A stretch of DNA of 63,139 bases from Octopus sinensis (taxonomy: Eukaryota), in the NCBI RefSeq assembly GCF_006345805.1, contig NW_021832001.1:1-63139 (forward strand). Direction: 5' to 3'. Positions 50,566 to 63,139 of the stretch are shown piece by piece (positions within the stretch are counted from its first letter, which is position 1; each line of letters starts with the position of its first letter). Under the pieces are notes generated by a model. That model worked only from the letters and a program-made list of their open reading frames with translations, had not been told where the DNA came from and made no database searches. A program made the translations under genes and the position numbers.

Positions 50566-51486
50566 TATAACGGGTGTTGATGAAATATCATGATTATTGG
50601 TGTTGCAGATGTGCAAGATGAAAGAACAGTGATCGAAGTGGTAAACAAATATTTAGTACCGTTACTTTGTATATAGCCAAACCACGACGAATTGATAATT
50701 CGTAAAGCATGCGAGGTAAAGAGAGATATCGTTGATTTTCCTTGTATAGTTTGTGTTTGTGTTCTCGTCATTGTGTAGTTGTAAATCACAGATAGAGATA
50801 GGATAATGTTGTAGAGAAGAGAAAGTGAGATAGTGAAAGTGAGGGTGGTGGGACGAAACAACTGCTTCGTTAGTGAGTTACCATAGTTGTCTCTCTGTGC
50901 CTTTTCCTTCAGAGATGGCGTTCGTTTAGCCGGTCAACCGACACGGTTCTCACTTACTGACTTTGGCTTACGGTGTTCTTGTATTTATAACTATGCAAAA
51001 CTAGCTAAAAAATGGTTATATTGCAGAGAACAAAAATATTCTCCACTGCATACAAGAGGTTAGAAGGGTCAAGTGGCAAAGACATAAATCGGCTTGGCAA
51101 AGCCATATGTTAAATTTAACGGATCTTTTCTTTTTGAAGGCCAGATTTTCCTAGTTAACTAAACAATTTGAAACTTCGTATACTGGTAGAATGTGTCAAA
51201 AGAAAACATTATTGTAAACAAAATGGAAAACAAAATTGTAATTCGTAACTTAAACATAGTTTAATTTTAAGAATTGTTTACAATAATGTTTTCTTTTGAC
51301 ACATTCTACCAGTATACGAAGTTTCAAATTGTTTAGTTAACTAGGAAAATCTGGCCTTCAAAATGAAAAGATCCAATTTAACTACTGTCAACCATTGTTT
51401 CTCTGTGAGAAAATGCTGTTGAAATATTATGGGAAATTTGCCTATTCAAGTTCGAATCTACTTTATGCCTAAATGAAGTCACTACA
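50566..51486. mobile_element. Probable solo LTR inserted in the R4/Dong zinc knuckle
   Basis: Clean ~920-bp interruption with a 4-bp direct repeat GTTT. Ends TATAA...CTACA, i.e. TG..CA with one change. Confidence 0.5.
51121..51374. mobile_element. Palindromic MITE with GG termini and 8-bp TSD (Merlin-like, tentative)
   Basis: 101-bp inverted arms with one mismatch; TSD aatttaac (51113-51120 and 51375-51382). Confidence 0.88.
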
Positions 51487-52303
51487 GTTTCATCCACTCT
51501 ATTGCAGATGCGACACAGCGGAGAGACACTTGCTTATTCCTAAGATTCCAGTTTGTGACCAAAGCTTGGTCTTGTGCTGCCAGTATAGTGCTCTCGATCT
51601 CATTTTTTAGGGTTCCTTTCATTAGCCAATCCATGGAATTGATTATGTAGTCCCTTCTTGCGTAATTCTTCTTCATGTCCTTTTTGCACTTCTTCCCCCT
51701 CCTTTTTTTCTCTGCTTTCAATACTCTCTCGTTCCTAATTGTCACTAGCAAGGTTTCCTTATTTTGGGTCAGGTATCTCATTAAACGTACTCAGTCTTCC
51801 CCACTTATCAATCTCCTTCCTCCATTTGCTCTCTTCATGTATAGGCGACCACGTGGATGATGGGCTCCATGCATTGTTAGGAGCTTTATTGACTTCTTGT
51901 CCATCTCCTTTAGCTCCTCCTCTGTCCACTTCGGGATTCCAGCGCCATACGGAACTACTGCGATTGCGTGCGAGTTTATTGCCGAAATTATGTTTCTGAC
52001 ATTCAGCTTTGAAGCCGATATTTTTCTCACTCGCGGCTGGTACTCTCTTTTTGTCTTTTCCTTTCATATAGCGGTGTTTGATTCCATCTGTCTCAAGTAT
52101 TCTCTGGTATTTATAGCTGGATTGAGGTTGGATTGCTTTCATCATTTCACCACTAGGCAAACACATGCCCTCTGTTCTGGCAAGCCTTTCCTCGTCTCAT
52201 CACCACCGAGGCACATTCTGAGACCCCCAAACTCCATCTTAATATCATTTGAAAAAAATCCGCACAGACTGGACCAGGCTGTCCAGTTCTGCTTCAGTTT
52301 TTG

Positions 52304-52305
<2 letters not shown>

Positions 52306-52355
<50 letters not shown>

Positions 52356-52431
52356 TGATGATGATGATGATGATGAGGAGGAGGAGGAGGAGGAGGATAA
52401 TGATGATAATAATTACATCATGATAATAATG

Positions 52432-52483
<52 letters not shown>

Positions 52484-52763
52484 TAACAATAACAATTATC
52501 ATCATCATCATCATTATCATCATCATTATTATTATTATGTCAATATTTACATCTAGGTCTGGTCTGATTGAATAGGCCTGCGATCATAATGTTTCCGATC
52601 TTGACCATCACGACTTTTTATATCAATGATTACATTGTCAATTATATATTTTCAAAGATATAAAGATGTGATTTGAGGGAAATTTGACTGCTCTTTCACG
52701 TGATAGTAGTGGTGGGGATAATGGTGGTTATAGATAGACGGAATGATACATAAACAAATAGAT

Positions 52764-52801
<38 letters not shown>

Positions 52802-53212
52802 GAGAGAGAGGGAGAGAGAGAGAGAGAGGGAGGAGGAGAGTGAGAAGAGAGAGAGAGAGAGAGAGGGAGGGAAAACCAAGATCGAGAGCAAAGTGCTAAG
52901 CAAGAGAAAAGATAGGGAGGAACAAGAAAGTAATGCGTAAGAGAGTAACAGGAAATATATAAAGAGAGTGAGACAAGAAGTTAAAGAAAGAAAGAAAGAA
53001 GAAAAGATAAAAGAACAGGAAAGAGAAAAGAGAGAGAAAATGAGAAAGAAGAAAAAGAAAAAAGAAAGAAAGAAAAAAAGAGAAAGAAAGAAAGAAAGAA
53101 AGAGAAAAAGAAAGAATGAATGAAAGAAAGAAACAAAGAAAAGTAAAAGGGGAAACAGAGATGCAGAAAGTAGAATTGAGAAATAATTTAAGAGGAAAAG
53201 TTTGTGCGAGTC

Positions 53213-53247
<35 letters not shown>

Positions 53248-53289
53248 TGAGAGAGAGATGAGAGAGAAGGAGGCGGAGAAGAAGAGAGA

Positions 53290-53333
<44 letters not shown>

Positions 53334-53430
53334 GAGTGAAGGAGAAGAAAGGAAAGAGGGAGAGAGAGAGAGAGAGAGAGATGAGAGTGAAGGAGAAGAA
53401 AGGAAAGAGGGAGAGAGAAAAAAGTAAGAG
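52306..53430. repeat. (AAT)n/(GAT)n and GA-rich low-complexity tracts
   Basis: Directly visible. Confidence 0.9.
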
Positions 53431-54606
53431 AGAGAATAAATGAATGTCAAAAGTAAAAAGAGAGAAAACTAGATAACGAAATTTAGTGAGAAAGTGAAAG
53501 TACGATAAAGGAGATTTTACAAAAAAAATGTTAAAGAAAATAGGTGATGGTTAGAAGGTTTGGAGAAGGAGTAAAACGGAAGGAGAAGCTACAGAGAAGA
53601 GGAGAGGTATTTAAATAGAAAGGGAGGTAACAAGGGAAACGGAGTGAGGACAAACAGGATGTAGGAGGAGTAGGCAAAAAGTTAGAACGGAGTATTTGAC
53701 AGTTGGGTGGAGAAAGGGTGTTGGTTGTGGGAATGTTGAGTGCTCTGTTTTTCAAGACAATAAATAAATAAAAAAGGAAAAAGTATGCAAAATATAACAG
53801 GAAGGAATTGTGTGGAGGGGTTGAAGTAAGATAATGATGATGGGGTATTCGATATGGGGCTGGTAATTATGGGTAGCAATGAATTCTGGGTAGACTCAAA
53901 AAGAGACAAAGTGGGTGATAGGTGGGAGATGGGTAACGGTTTTGGGAATTGGTGACAGAGCAAGAGGAATACAGGTTAAAAATGTAAACAAAAATATCAC
54001 GGTACCAAAACCCGAGGGAAATAAAAGAGAGGTAATCATGTTATTTAAGATCTCGATTGAACTGATGTATTTGCATGATAGACCAGTGTCATATGTAATT
54101 AGTCCCTAGACGAATAAAATTTTTCAATATGATCTCAAGGACACAGATTTCTAACGAAAGGTTACAGGAGATTGAATTAACCCCCAATAGATCGCTAGTA
54201 TTTCTGTTATCAACTGGGTGGGAAAGAAAAGGCTAAAAAATTTTTTTTAAACCCAACCTTGGTGAAACTTAAATTCGAAACACTGAGGGTCGTTAAGAAG
54301 ATAATTTGTTGATTTTACCCCCTCGATCGTCTTTTCACACTCAAAACAAGTGTCACAAGGTCACAGACTTTAACTGACACTTATGTTAACAATGTCACGC
54401 AGATAAAAGGTAAAATAATTTTTTTTTTTAAATCGATCATAGAAGGATTTGAACTCAGAAAGTAAAATGTTGTACTGACTAAATATTCCAGTGCATTCCT
54501 TCAGTGCTCTACTCATTCTACTATACGATACATTGCATTTATTTTACAATATCTCTTTCGGATTTCTCAAAGATTAACACCACTGGTCTCTCTCTCTCTC
54601 CCTCAC

Positions 54607-54637
<31 letters not shown>

Positions 54638-54731
54638 CATCCATAGCTTATCAAGATGAAGCAATAATAGTTTTCCTGATTTTCATATTTGTTAATTGGC
54701 TACTTATTTAATTAAGCTTCGCATATTTATA

Positions 54732-54952
54732 CACGAGGGGTTGCCGTAAATTTCCTGGCTTTGGGTAAAAGAAAATACAGGAGGATCTGTTAATTATGAT
54801 TTTATTCAACATATTTCTCTCTCAGATTCACACACCTATTGCAGTGGTCCTTCAGGTTTTCTGAACCCTATAAAAGAACTCGGAAGGTTGGGCCTCCAAT
54901 CAGGCCTTCCACGACGTCCTTAAAGCCAGGAACTTTTCAGTACCCCCTCGTA
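54732..54952. mobile_element. Tc1/mariner-type MITE
   Basis: Imperfect TIRs cgaggggttgccgtaaatttcctggcttt and aaagccaggaacttttcagtaccccctcg; TA flanks. Confidence 0.75.
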
Positions 54953-55121
54953 TAATACAACATCAGTCTGAATTCCTGAAACTAATACAATGCAGGTAAA
55001 TGCAGGTAAATATATACGTATCTACTTTACATATAGCCGAGGAAATTGAAATCTTCGATTGTTCTAAGTCAGCAAAACCATTGGTCCGAACGATTGTCAA
55101 TCCATTACCTTAAATTAATGT

Positions 55122-55506
55122 GGAATGGAAGCACTCCGTCGGTTACGACGACGAGGGTTCCGGTTGATCCGAATGAACGGAACAGCCTGCTCGTGAAATT
55201 AACGTGTAAGTGGCTGAGCACTCCACAGACACGTGTACCCTTAATGTAGTTCTCGGGGATATTCAGCGTGACACAGAGAGTGACAAGGCCGGCCCTTTGA
55301 AATACAGGTACAACAGAAACAGAAGTAAGAGTGAGAGAAGTTGTGGTGAAAGAGTACAGCAGGGATCACCACCATCCCCTGCCGGAGCCTCGTGGAGCTT
55401 GAGGCGTTTCGCTCAATAAACACTCACAACGCCCGGTCTGGGAATCGAAACCGCGATCCTATGACCGCGAGTCCGCTGCCCTAACCACTGGGCCATTGCG
55501 CCTCCT
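55122..55506 (-). mobile_element. SINE family B, full length
   Basis: TSD aattaatgt. Confidence 0.92.
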
Positions 55507-56497
55507 GAATTAATGTACGTGTAAACCAACTCATAACCACTTTCTTCAGAGCTCTAGCATTGTCCATGGAAACGAGCGATAGTGTACTATAAGGACATGC
55601 AGTTCAATTAATGAATTCAAAACATTATCGATAATGATCCGGAAAAATGATAATCATCACCAAAGAACTTCAAGTTTCGGAGTGGACTATCAGAACTGCG
55701 GTGCACAAGGGCATTCGGTAGAAATCGTGCGAACTGAAGAGAGGTCAGTTAATGTATGAAAAGACACAGGAAAGCCGTTTGATCAGTATCAAGCAGTTAC
55801 TTAACAAGTCTAATATCCTTTAAGAACATGACATGCTTTGATTCTTCTCCGATGTGGAAAACTTCGACCAAGACCAAAGGTCATATAGGAGAAATGACTG
55901 ATGGTAATGTTTAGTTTATCCTGATGTCCCTATGTAGGGAATTAATAATAATGATACACCCCTCCCACGTGACGAATGGAAAGTAAAGAGAAGTACATGG
56001 AGTACGGGAGAACGTAGGAGGAGGTCTGAGACAGTCGTGACTTTACTGGTTTTACTAAGTATACTGTATACTGAAGTGGGTGTTATAATAATCCGACATT
56101 TTAAGGATTACAACAGTAAGTCTCAAGCAATTGTAATGGTTGTACTAATACAGGATCATAGACACATGCACAAGGCAAGATATCTTAAGGCTTCTAACGT
56201 GACTCTCTACTAGTCGTTCATATAATAATCCTGAATCATGTTATGTTATGACAAAGTCGTGTATTTACTGGTAGTGACGACACATTATAAGCGAAAAAAC
56301 ATGGAAATATGTCGGTAAGCAGAAGTTAATTAAATCTAAAAAGGTAGCACATGGTGGTACGGGAAAAAGATTATATTTTTCGGTGAATTCGTATGTAGTG
56401 CAATATTTCAAGAACAAACGAAAAAGACAAAGATGTATGTATCAAAAGAATCACTTGGCACAGAGTGGATTGAAATATAGATTGAAATGTGTGGAAA

Positions 56498-57806
56498 TAT
56501 ACCCGAGGAAGAACATATGGCATTGTGGAGGTGCGTTTCACGACGGAGGATGAAGCGATTAAGAATTCAACAGAAGCAATACGAACAGAGGAATGGGTGT
56601 TTTTGCCGTCCTACTGTGGCAAACGTGTTGCCAGAGTAAGAGTTGGCAGAGTGCCACCAGAGATAAAAGAAACATGGCTGATGGCAGCCATCATGTACAA
56701 TATGGAGGAGGAGACCAAGATTCTCAAGGCGACAAGAAACAAAAAGGGTGAACTATTAAGGATATGGCATAGAAATGGCCATTCAAGCTAGTATAGATGG
56801 CCTCAATAGAATCGCGGAAGAAATAGTTCTGCTTCAGGACGTAAGGCTGCGAGTGGTGTTGGAGGGTAGGCCGCCTATATGCTATGTATGTGGAGAAAAG
56901 GGCCACATAAAGAGAGAACAACAGATGGAACAGACGGAGAAGCAAGAGAGTGCAGACCAAGAGGTACAAGTCGAGGTAAAGGAGACAAGAATGGAAGAAG
57001 GATTTACGGTAGTAAAAAAAAGAAAGAGAAGTGATAGAGTAAGCTCTCCGCCAGAAGGGGCAGAAAAAGAAGAAAGAAAATGTAGAGAAAGAAATTATGA
57101 AGGAAGTCAGAAGGAAAGAATATAAAATGGTGGTTGACAAGGAGATCGAAAGAAACTTGAAAAGGAGCTCGAAGAGGAGTTGCAGAAGGAGGAGACAGCA
57201 GCAAAAACATTGATTGTACGAGTAGAGGAATAGGATTCAGGAGAACAATTATACGAGGGTGAAATAGAGAGATTATTTAGAGTGGAAAGAGAAAAGGTAC
57301 CAGCAGTGGAGCAGGAAAAGAGAAAGCAAGTAAGAAAACCCCCAAAATATCGATGGAATTTTGTGACATATGCGAAAAACAAGGAAACAGAACGGAAAAT
57401 AAAGAAATTTAAGTTTATCATAAGGGTGAAGCTTCCCACAGACGTGTATTCAGAAAATGTGAAGGCCATTGTGATCGACAGGGAGAAATACAACAGGTTG
57501 AGAGATATGTGTGGAGAGGGAATTGATCCGCCAGGAGTAGCGGTGGATTTCGATGAATTGCCACCGGTAGTGGAACTGAAAGATCTTGAACCTTTTATGA
57601 AATACTAAAAAAGGGAAAAAGTAAATAAAATTCTTTATCGGAAAAAAAGTTTAAAAAAAAGTAAAATGGGACTGCATGAGGAGTGGGGCCCATGCAGCCA
57701 TTTCATTTTCCTTATATAACATCTTCATTTTCATTCGTTTTATGTTTTTTGTCCCTACTGTAATGTTCGGTCTGTGTTATGGCCGTAGTGCCAAATAAAG
57801 AAAAGA
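56498..57806 (+). mobile_element. ORF1-only (HAL1-like) non-LTR element, copy 1, 5'-truncated and frameshifted
   Basis: Gag-like ORF with CYVCGEKGH knuckle and FTVVKKRKR, stop at ~57607, short UTR, Tx1-like 3' module, no ORF2. Confidence 0.7.
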
Positions 57807-57829
57807 GTACGTTGTAAGCGGTGAGACAT

Positions 57830-59600
57830 ATTTGCATCAATTGGAGTTAATTTTGTCGTGTTTTCTCGATTGCTGTTAGACGTAAGTCACTTTGTTAAAT
57901 ATTTGTTGAAGGTCTCCCCTCGTGGGTGTACCCAAGATTATTGATTGTAACTGTTGAAATTGCTGTTCTTGTTATTGTTGAATTGTTGTTCTTTTTCCCA
58001 TTGCGGGAAAGATGGAGAAAGTGCCAGTAGGAGGCCACAGTTATGCGGCAGCAACTGGTAGAGAAATGGAGGTTGAAGCTTTGGAGGTCCGCGAAGTGAA
58101 AGTTGAGCCGAAGGAGATGAAAGAATGTGAGAAATTATTGAAAAGGGAGGGAAACACGTTGAGACTAACGCCACCTGAGGAACTCACAAGTAGTATAACC
58201 AAGAGAATAGTGATTTTTAAAACACTGAAGGTGTCAAGTAGGAAGATCAAAATAGCAACAACTGAGGCTATTGAGAATTGTTTGAAGGATATTAAGAAAT
58301 TCACAACGTTCATCACACGTGGAAGGAGGTATGGAAAAGTGGAGGTGCGTTTCGCGATGGAGGACGAAGTGGTTAAGCACTCCACGGAAGCCATAAGAAC
58401 GGAAGAATGGGTACTTTTGCCGACGTACTATGGCAAGCGTGTTGCCAGGGTGAGAGTTGGCAAAGTACCCCCAGAGATAAAGGAAACATGGCTGATGGCG
58501 GCCATAATATTTGACATGAAGGGAGATGCCAAGATACTCAAGGCAACGAAAACCAAAAGGTTGAATTATTGGAGGTATGGCATAGAGATGGCCATACAAG
58601 CGAGTTTGGAAGACCTCAACAGAATTGCAGAAGAAATAGTTCTGCACGAGGATATAAGGCTAAGAGTGGTTGGTGGTGGTGGGTAGGCCTCTCATATGCT
58701 ACTTGTGTGGAGAAAAAGGGCCATATGAAGGCGACGTGCCCCCAGAAAGAAAATGAACAACAGATGGAACAGACTGTGGCGCAGGAGAGTGTAGACTAAG
58801 TGGTACACTTCGATGTAAAGGAGGCAAGAACAGAGGAGGAATTCACGGTGGTCAAAAAGAGAAAGAGAAGTGAAAGAGTAAGCTCTCTGCCAGAGAGGCA
58901 GAAACAGAAAAAAGAAGTGGTTAAGGAGATGGCGAAAGAGGTTGTGAAGGAAGTCAGAAGAGAGGAAGGGGAGAAGATGGTTGATAAGGAGATTGAAAAG
59001 GAGCTTGAAGAGGAGCTCGAGGAGGGGTTTCAGAAGGCGGAGACAGCAGCAAGGACACTGGTTATACCAGTGGAGGAAAATAATTTAGGCGAACAACTGT
59101 ATGAGGGTGAAATGGCGAAACTATTCAGAGTGGAGGAGGAAAAAGAAAAAGTACCAGGAGTGGCGCAAGAAAAGGAAAAACAAGCAAGGAAGGCGAAAAA
59201 ATACCGATGGAATTTGGTGACATACACTAAAAATAAAGAAACTGAACGGAAAATAATGAAATTTAAGTCCATTATAAGGGTTAAGTTGTCCACAGATGTG
59301 TATTCGGAGAACGTGAGGGCCATTGTGGTCGACAAGGAGAGGTACAACAGGCCGAAAAATATGTGTGGAAGAGGCATTGATACGGCATTGATAGTTGCGG
59401 TGGAATTTGATGAATTGCTACCAGTGGTTGAATTGAAAGATCTTGAACCTTTCATGAGATATTAAAAAAGGAAAAAAAGTAAAATCGCTTTATGTAAGAA
59501 AAAAAAAAGTAAAATTGATTTATTTTAAAAAAGAAAACGATGATAAAGGAAAAAAACAAAGGAATAATGAACGATTGGAAACGAGTGCGAGGAATATTCA
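57830..59600 (+). mobile_element. ORF1-only (HAL1-like) element, copy 2 (ORF 58012-59465, disrupted)
   Basis: N-terminal SYAAA; CYLCGEK/GHMKATC knuckle at 58697-58739 with a 1-nt frameshift; same C-terminus ELKDLEPFM(K/R)Y* as copy 1. Confidence 0.7.
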
Positions 59601-59619
59601 TGCAGTATATGGGGATCGA

Positions 59620-60998
59620 ACAATAAGCGTAAGTTAGTGCCAACGGTGGTTCCAGAAATTCCGAGCCGGAAACTAGAGCCTAGAAGACGAGCCTCGTCCT
59701 GGAAGATCTGTAGAGCTCGACGAGAACATCCTGCAAACCCTGCTGGAATAAAATCCCCAGGTAACTATTGAGGAACCAGCAAAGGAGCTTGGATTTGGTC
59801 ATTCAACCATTCATCGAAACATGCGTGCTATCGGAAAAGTCAGCAGATTGGGTCAATGGGTTTCTCACAAACTTTCCGAGTCTAATTGGATGGAAGCACT
59901 CCGTCGGTTACGACGATGAGGGTTCCGGTTGATCCGAATCAACGGAACAGCCTGCTCGTGAAATTAACGTGTAAGTGGCTGAGCACTCCACAGACACGTG
60001 TACCCTTAGCGCAGTTCTTGGGGATATTCAGCGTGACACAGAGAGTGACAAGGCCGGCCCTTTGAAATACAGGTACAACAGAAACAGGAAGTAAGAGTGA
60101 GAGAATGTTGTGGTGAAAGAGTACAGCAGGGATCACCACCATCTCCTGCCGGAGTCTCGTGGAGCTTTAGGTGTTTTCGCTCAATTAACACTCACAACGC
60201 CCGGTCTGGGAATCGAAACCGCGATCCTACGACCGCGAGTCCGCTGCCCTAACCACTGGGCCATTGCGCCTCCACTCCGAGTCTAATTACACGCAGAGTG
60301 AATGTGTGTTCTTTGGTGTCACGTCTCACAAATGAACCTTTTCTGGACCGAATAGTAGTGACTGGTGATGAGAAATGAGTTCTCTATAAAATGCCAAGCG
60401 CCGAAGACAGTGGGTAGGGAAAGGAGAAACACTGGCACCTCAGGCTAAAGAACATAAGGTGTTGTTATCTGTTTGGTGGGATATGAAAGGTTTAGTCCAC
60501 TTTGAACTTTTAAACCCAAACCAAACGGTAACAAAGGAGATCTACTGCGATCATCTTGAACGGCTTAAGTCAGCGTTAGAAGGAAAAGGACCATCTTTGC
60601 TTTCAATACGAAAGGTGTTCTTCTATCAGGATAATGCTCGGCCACATACAGCGAGGATGACATTCCAAAGGCTGAAGCAGTTTGAATGGGAAACGATGCC
60701 CCACACAGCATATTCGCCGGACATTGCCCCATCTGATTATCATTTAGTCCGCAGTCTTCAAAATCATTTGAACAGAAAAAAAAATGAATTCTTAGATGAC
60801 GTCAGAACAGTAGTAGAGGAGTACTCTTCGTTATAGACAAGTGAATTTTGGAAGAGGAGGCCTTGCAAGTCTAGCAATTAGATAGAAGAGTATTGAAGAA
60901 AATGAAGAAGAGTATATTTTAGATTAAAAAAGAACTTTGTTTATCTTAATTTTGAAACATAAAGGAAAAACTGCATTTTTTTATGGGACGACGCAATA
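59620..60998 (+). mobile_element. 5'-truncated mariner transposon, transposase pseudogene
   Basis: QRWFQKFRAGN*SLEDEPRPGR, WVSHKL, VTGDEK*, QDNARPH, YSPDIAPSDYHL; TIR-like right end gcatttttttatgggacgacgcaata. Confidence 0.9.
59888..60275 (-). mobile_element. SINE family B inserted in the mariner
   Basis: TSD tccgagtctaatt (59875-59887 and 60276-60288). Confidence 0.93.
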
Positions 60999-61156
60999 TA
61001 CATACATACATACATACATATACATACACTCACACATACATACAAACATGCATATATATATTTATGTTTGTGTGTGTCTCTCTCTATATATACATACACA
61101 CATATATTTACATATATATATTGATAGATAGATACCATATGTGTATATTATATATA

Positions 61157-61211
<55 letters not shown>

Positions 61212-61275
61212 ATATGTATATATGTATGTATATATATATAATATATATATATATGTATGTACGTATGTATGTATG

Positions 61276-61307
<32 letters not shown>

Positions 61308-61314
61308 TACATAT

Positions 61315-61708
61315 TCTTTTAGTTGTTTCGGTCATTTGACTGCAGCCATGCTGGAGCACCGCCTTTAGTCGAGCAAATCGACCCCAGGACTTATTCTATC
61401 GTTTGTAAGCCTAGTACTTATTCTATCGGTCTCTTTTACCCAACCACTAAGTTACGGGAACGTAAACACACCATCTTCGCCTGTCGGGCGATGTTGGGGC
61501 AAATACAGACACACACAAACACACACACACAACACACCACACAACACACACACAACACACACACACACATCTTTCAGTTTCCGTCAACCGAATCTACTCA
61601 CAAGGCTTTGGTCGGCTCGAGGCTATAGTAGAAGACACTTGCTGTGGGACTGAACCTGGAACCATGTGGTTGATAAGCAAGCTACTTACCACAACCATTC
61701 CTGCGCCT
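61315..61708 (-). mobile_element. SINE family A, diverged
   Basis: Matches the family sequence. Confidence 0.88.
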
Positions 61709-61790
61709 AATAAATTATTATTTCCATTATTTAAAATGATTAATAATTAAGTGGCCATCAAGTATAACCTATATAGGTAAAATATTGTAC

Positions 61791-61965
61791 AAATAAAGTA
61801 GGATACTGGAATACCACTTGCTAGAAATAGGAGTTAATACTCCAAAACCACAAATTTCTCACTCTTTGTTACATTCAACGTGCGTTTCTTAATAGTAAGA
61901 AATTTGTGAATTTGGAGTGTTAACTACTATTTCTAGCGAGTGGTATTCCGGCCCCTGCTTTATTT
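61791..61965. repeat. Imperfect fold-back palindrome (~70-bp arms)
   Basis: ggaataccacttgctagaaataggagttaa pairs with ttaactactatttctagcgagtggtattcc. Confidence 0.8.
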
Positions 61966-62019
61966 ATCTGCATACATACATGTGTGTATGTGTGTGTGTG
62001 CGTGCGTGTGTGGGTGTAT

Positions 62020-62064
<45 letters not shown>

Positions 62065-62388
62065 CGTATGCGATGGTTTTTAGTAAGCAGTTTCGATTTT
62101 TACAATTCTGTAAATGAAAATATTTTATAAGTTTAGAGGTTATAAGCGATCACCGTGTAATGACTAAAGAAAATAGTTGAATATTGGGGCATATAAATCC
62201 TCATATATATATATCATTATATACAAAAACTAAAAAAAATTTTAATAATTTTTTTAATTAAAATAAATAAATAAACTTTTTGTACAAGTTTTTACCGATA
62301 ATGGGTTTTTTTTCCATACCGAAACTACTTGGTAAAATTTTTATTATTAATTAATAATTCTTTACTCTATATCTGTAATGAGTAATAT

Positions 62389-62427
<39 letters not shown>

Positions 62428-62782
62428 ATATAATTATTAATGTGCTCTCATATGTACAGACATAAAAAGATGCAATTATCAATGACAATTATATATATAT
62501 ATAATATATATATATATATAATATATATTATACTATAATATATATATATGTATATATATATATATAAACTTATTGGAGAAAAGAAAAGAAAGAAACGAAA
62601 CGACGAGAGGGCGCTCAGTCATAAATATTTTAATAAATAAAATATATGCATACATACATACATATATGTACGTACCTACATTTACATGTATGTATACATG
62701 CATATATAATATATATATATATATATTATTATATATATAATATATATATATATATATAATATATAGCTATATAATATATATC

Positions 62783-63044
62783 TAAGCAATTAAGTGTTAG
62801 CAACGAATTGCCTTACCGCCACCGGAATTTAGAATAGCAGTCAAAGAAGATTATAGTATTTCTTCAAATTCGAGTGTGTGCGGTAAGGCAATTCGGTGTG
62901 CGGTAAGGCAATTCGTGCTAAACCCTTAATTGGTTAGTATTACTTAACTTTTCCTCGAATGAGGCTTTTACATGCCGAAGACTACTTGGGTAATTGATAA
63001 TTATTCCAAATTAATTAATTTTCACCCTTCATTGGTTACTCATA

Positions 63045-63045
<1 letters not shown>
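62783..63045. mobile_element. TA-flanked insert with fold-back (62783-62935) and hammerhead-like remnant (62951-62990)
   Basis: cgaattgccttaccgc pairs with gcggtaaggcaattcg; then cGAATGA-GGC(ttttacat)GCC-GAAgAC. Confidence 0.55.
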
Positions 63046-63086
<41 letters not shown>

Positions 63087-63139
63087 TATATATAATATAT
63101 ATTATATATATATATACTAATAACAATATGGATGAAGTC

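Larger units (their letters stand above)
49690..52305 (-). mobile_element. R4/Dong-clade non-LTR element remnant (RT thumb, CCHC knuckle, restriction-like endonuclease) with nested insertions
   Basis: KILWDFPIQTDQVLEHNRPDLVVMDK...IVDVACPFD; ESTILAAQDQAL; CRICNRVDETIAHLMNEC is restored when the insert is removed; the 3' end is followed by aataataat. Confidence 0.9.

Overview
AT-rich eukaryotic DNA saturated with repeats, with no intact protein-coding gene. The SINE families and the (TA)n/(AAT)n/(GATA)n load suggest an octopus or other coleoid cephalopod; this is an inference from recalled families, not a search result. Retroelements: three abundant tRNA-headed SINE families (called A, B and C here) plus CORE-type variants, a near full-length CR1/L2-group LINE, two Tx1/L1 remnants, an R4/Dong remnant, a Naiad-type Penelope RT remnant, two ORF1-only (HAL1-like) elements and a probable solo LTR. 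DNA elements: two mariner pseudogenes, a pogo/Tigger fragment, two non-autonomous Helitrons and MITEs. There is also a 29-bp satellite. Main signals: (1) ~200-bp elements in (TA)n tracts carrying Penelope-type minimal hammerhead ribozyme motifs with covarying stems, plus one tRNA-headed version next to the Penelope RT; (2) a shared 3' module linking a Tx1 LINE, an ORF1-only element and SINE-C; (3) SINE-C hexamers, each inside a single TSD, forming a ~2.5-kb inverted repeat; (4) a covarying 3' stem-loop shared by the CR1-type LINE and SINE-A. One weak candidate host terminal exon lies at ~28.4 kb on the minus strand. All coordinates were read by eye, so boundaries of decayed elements are approximate.
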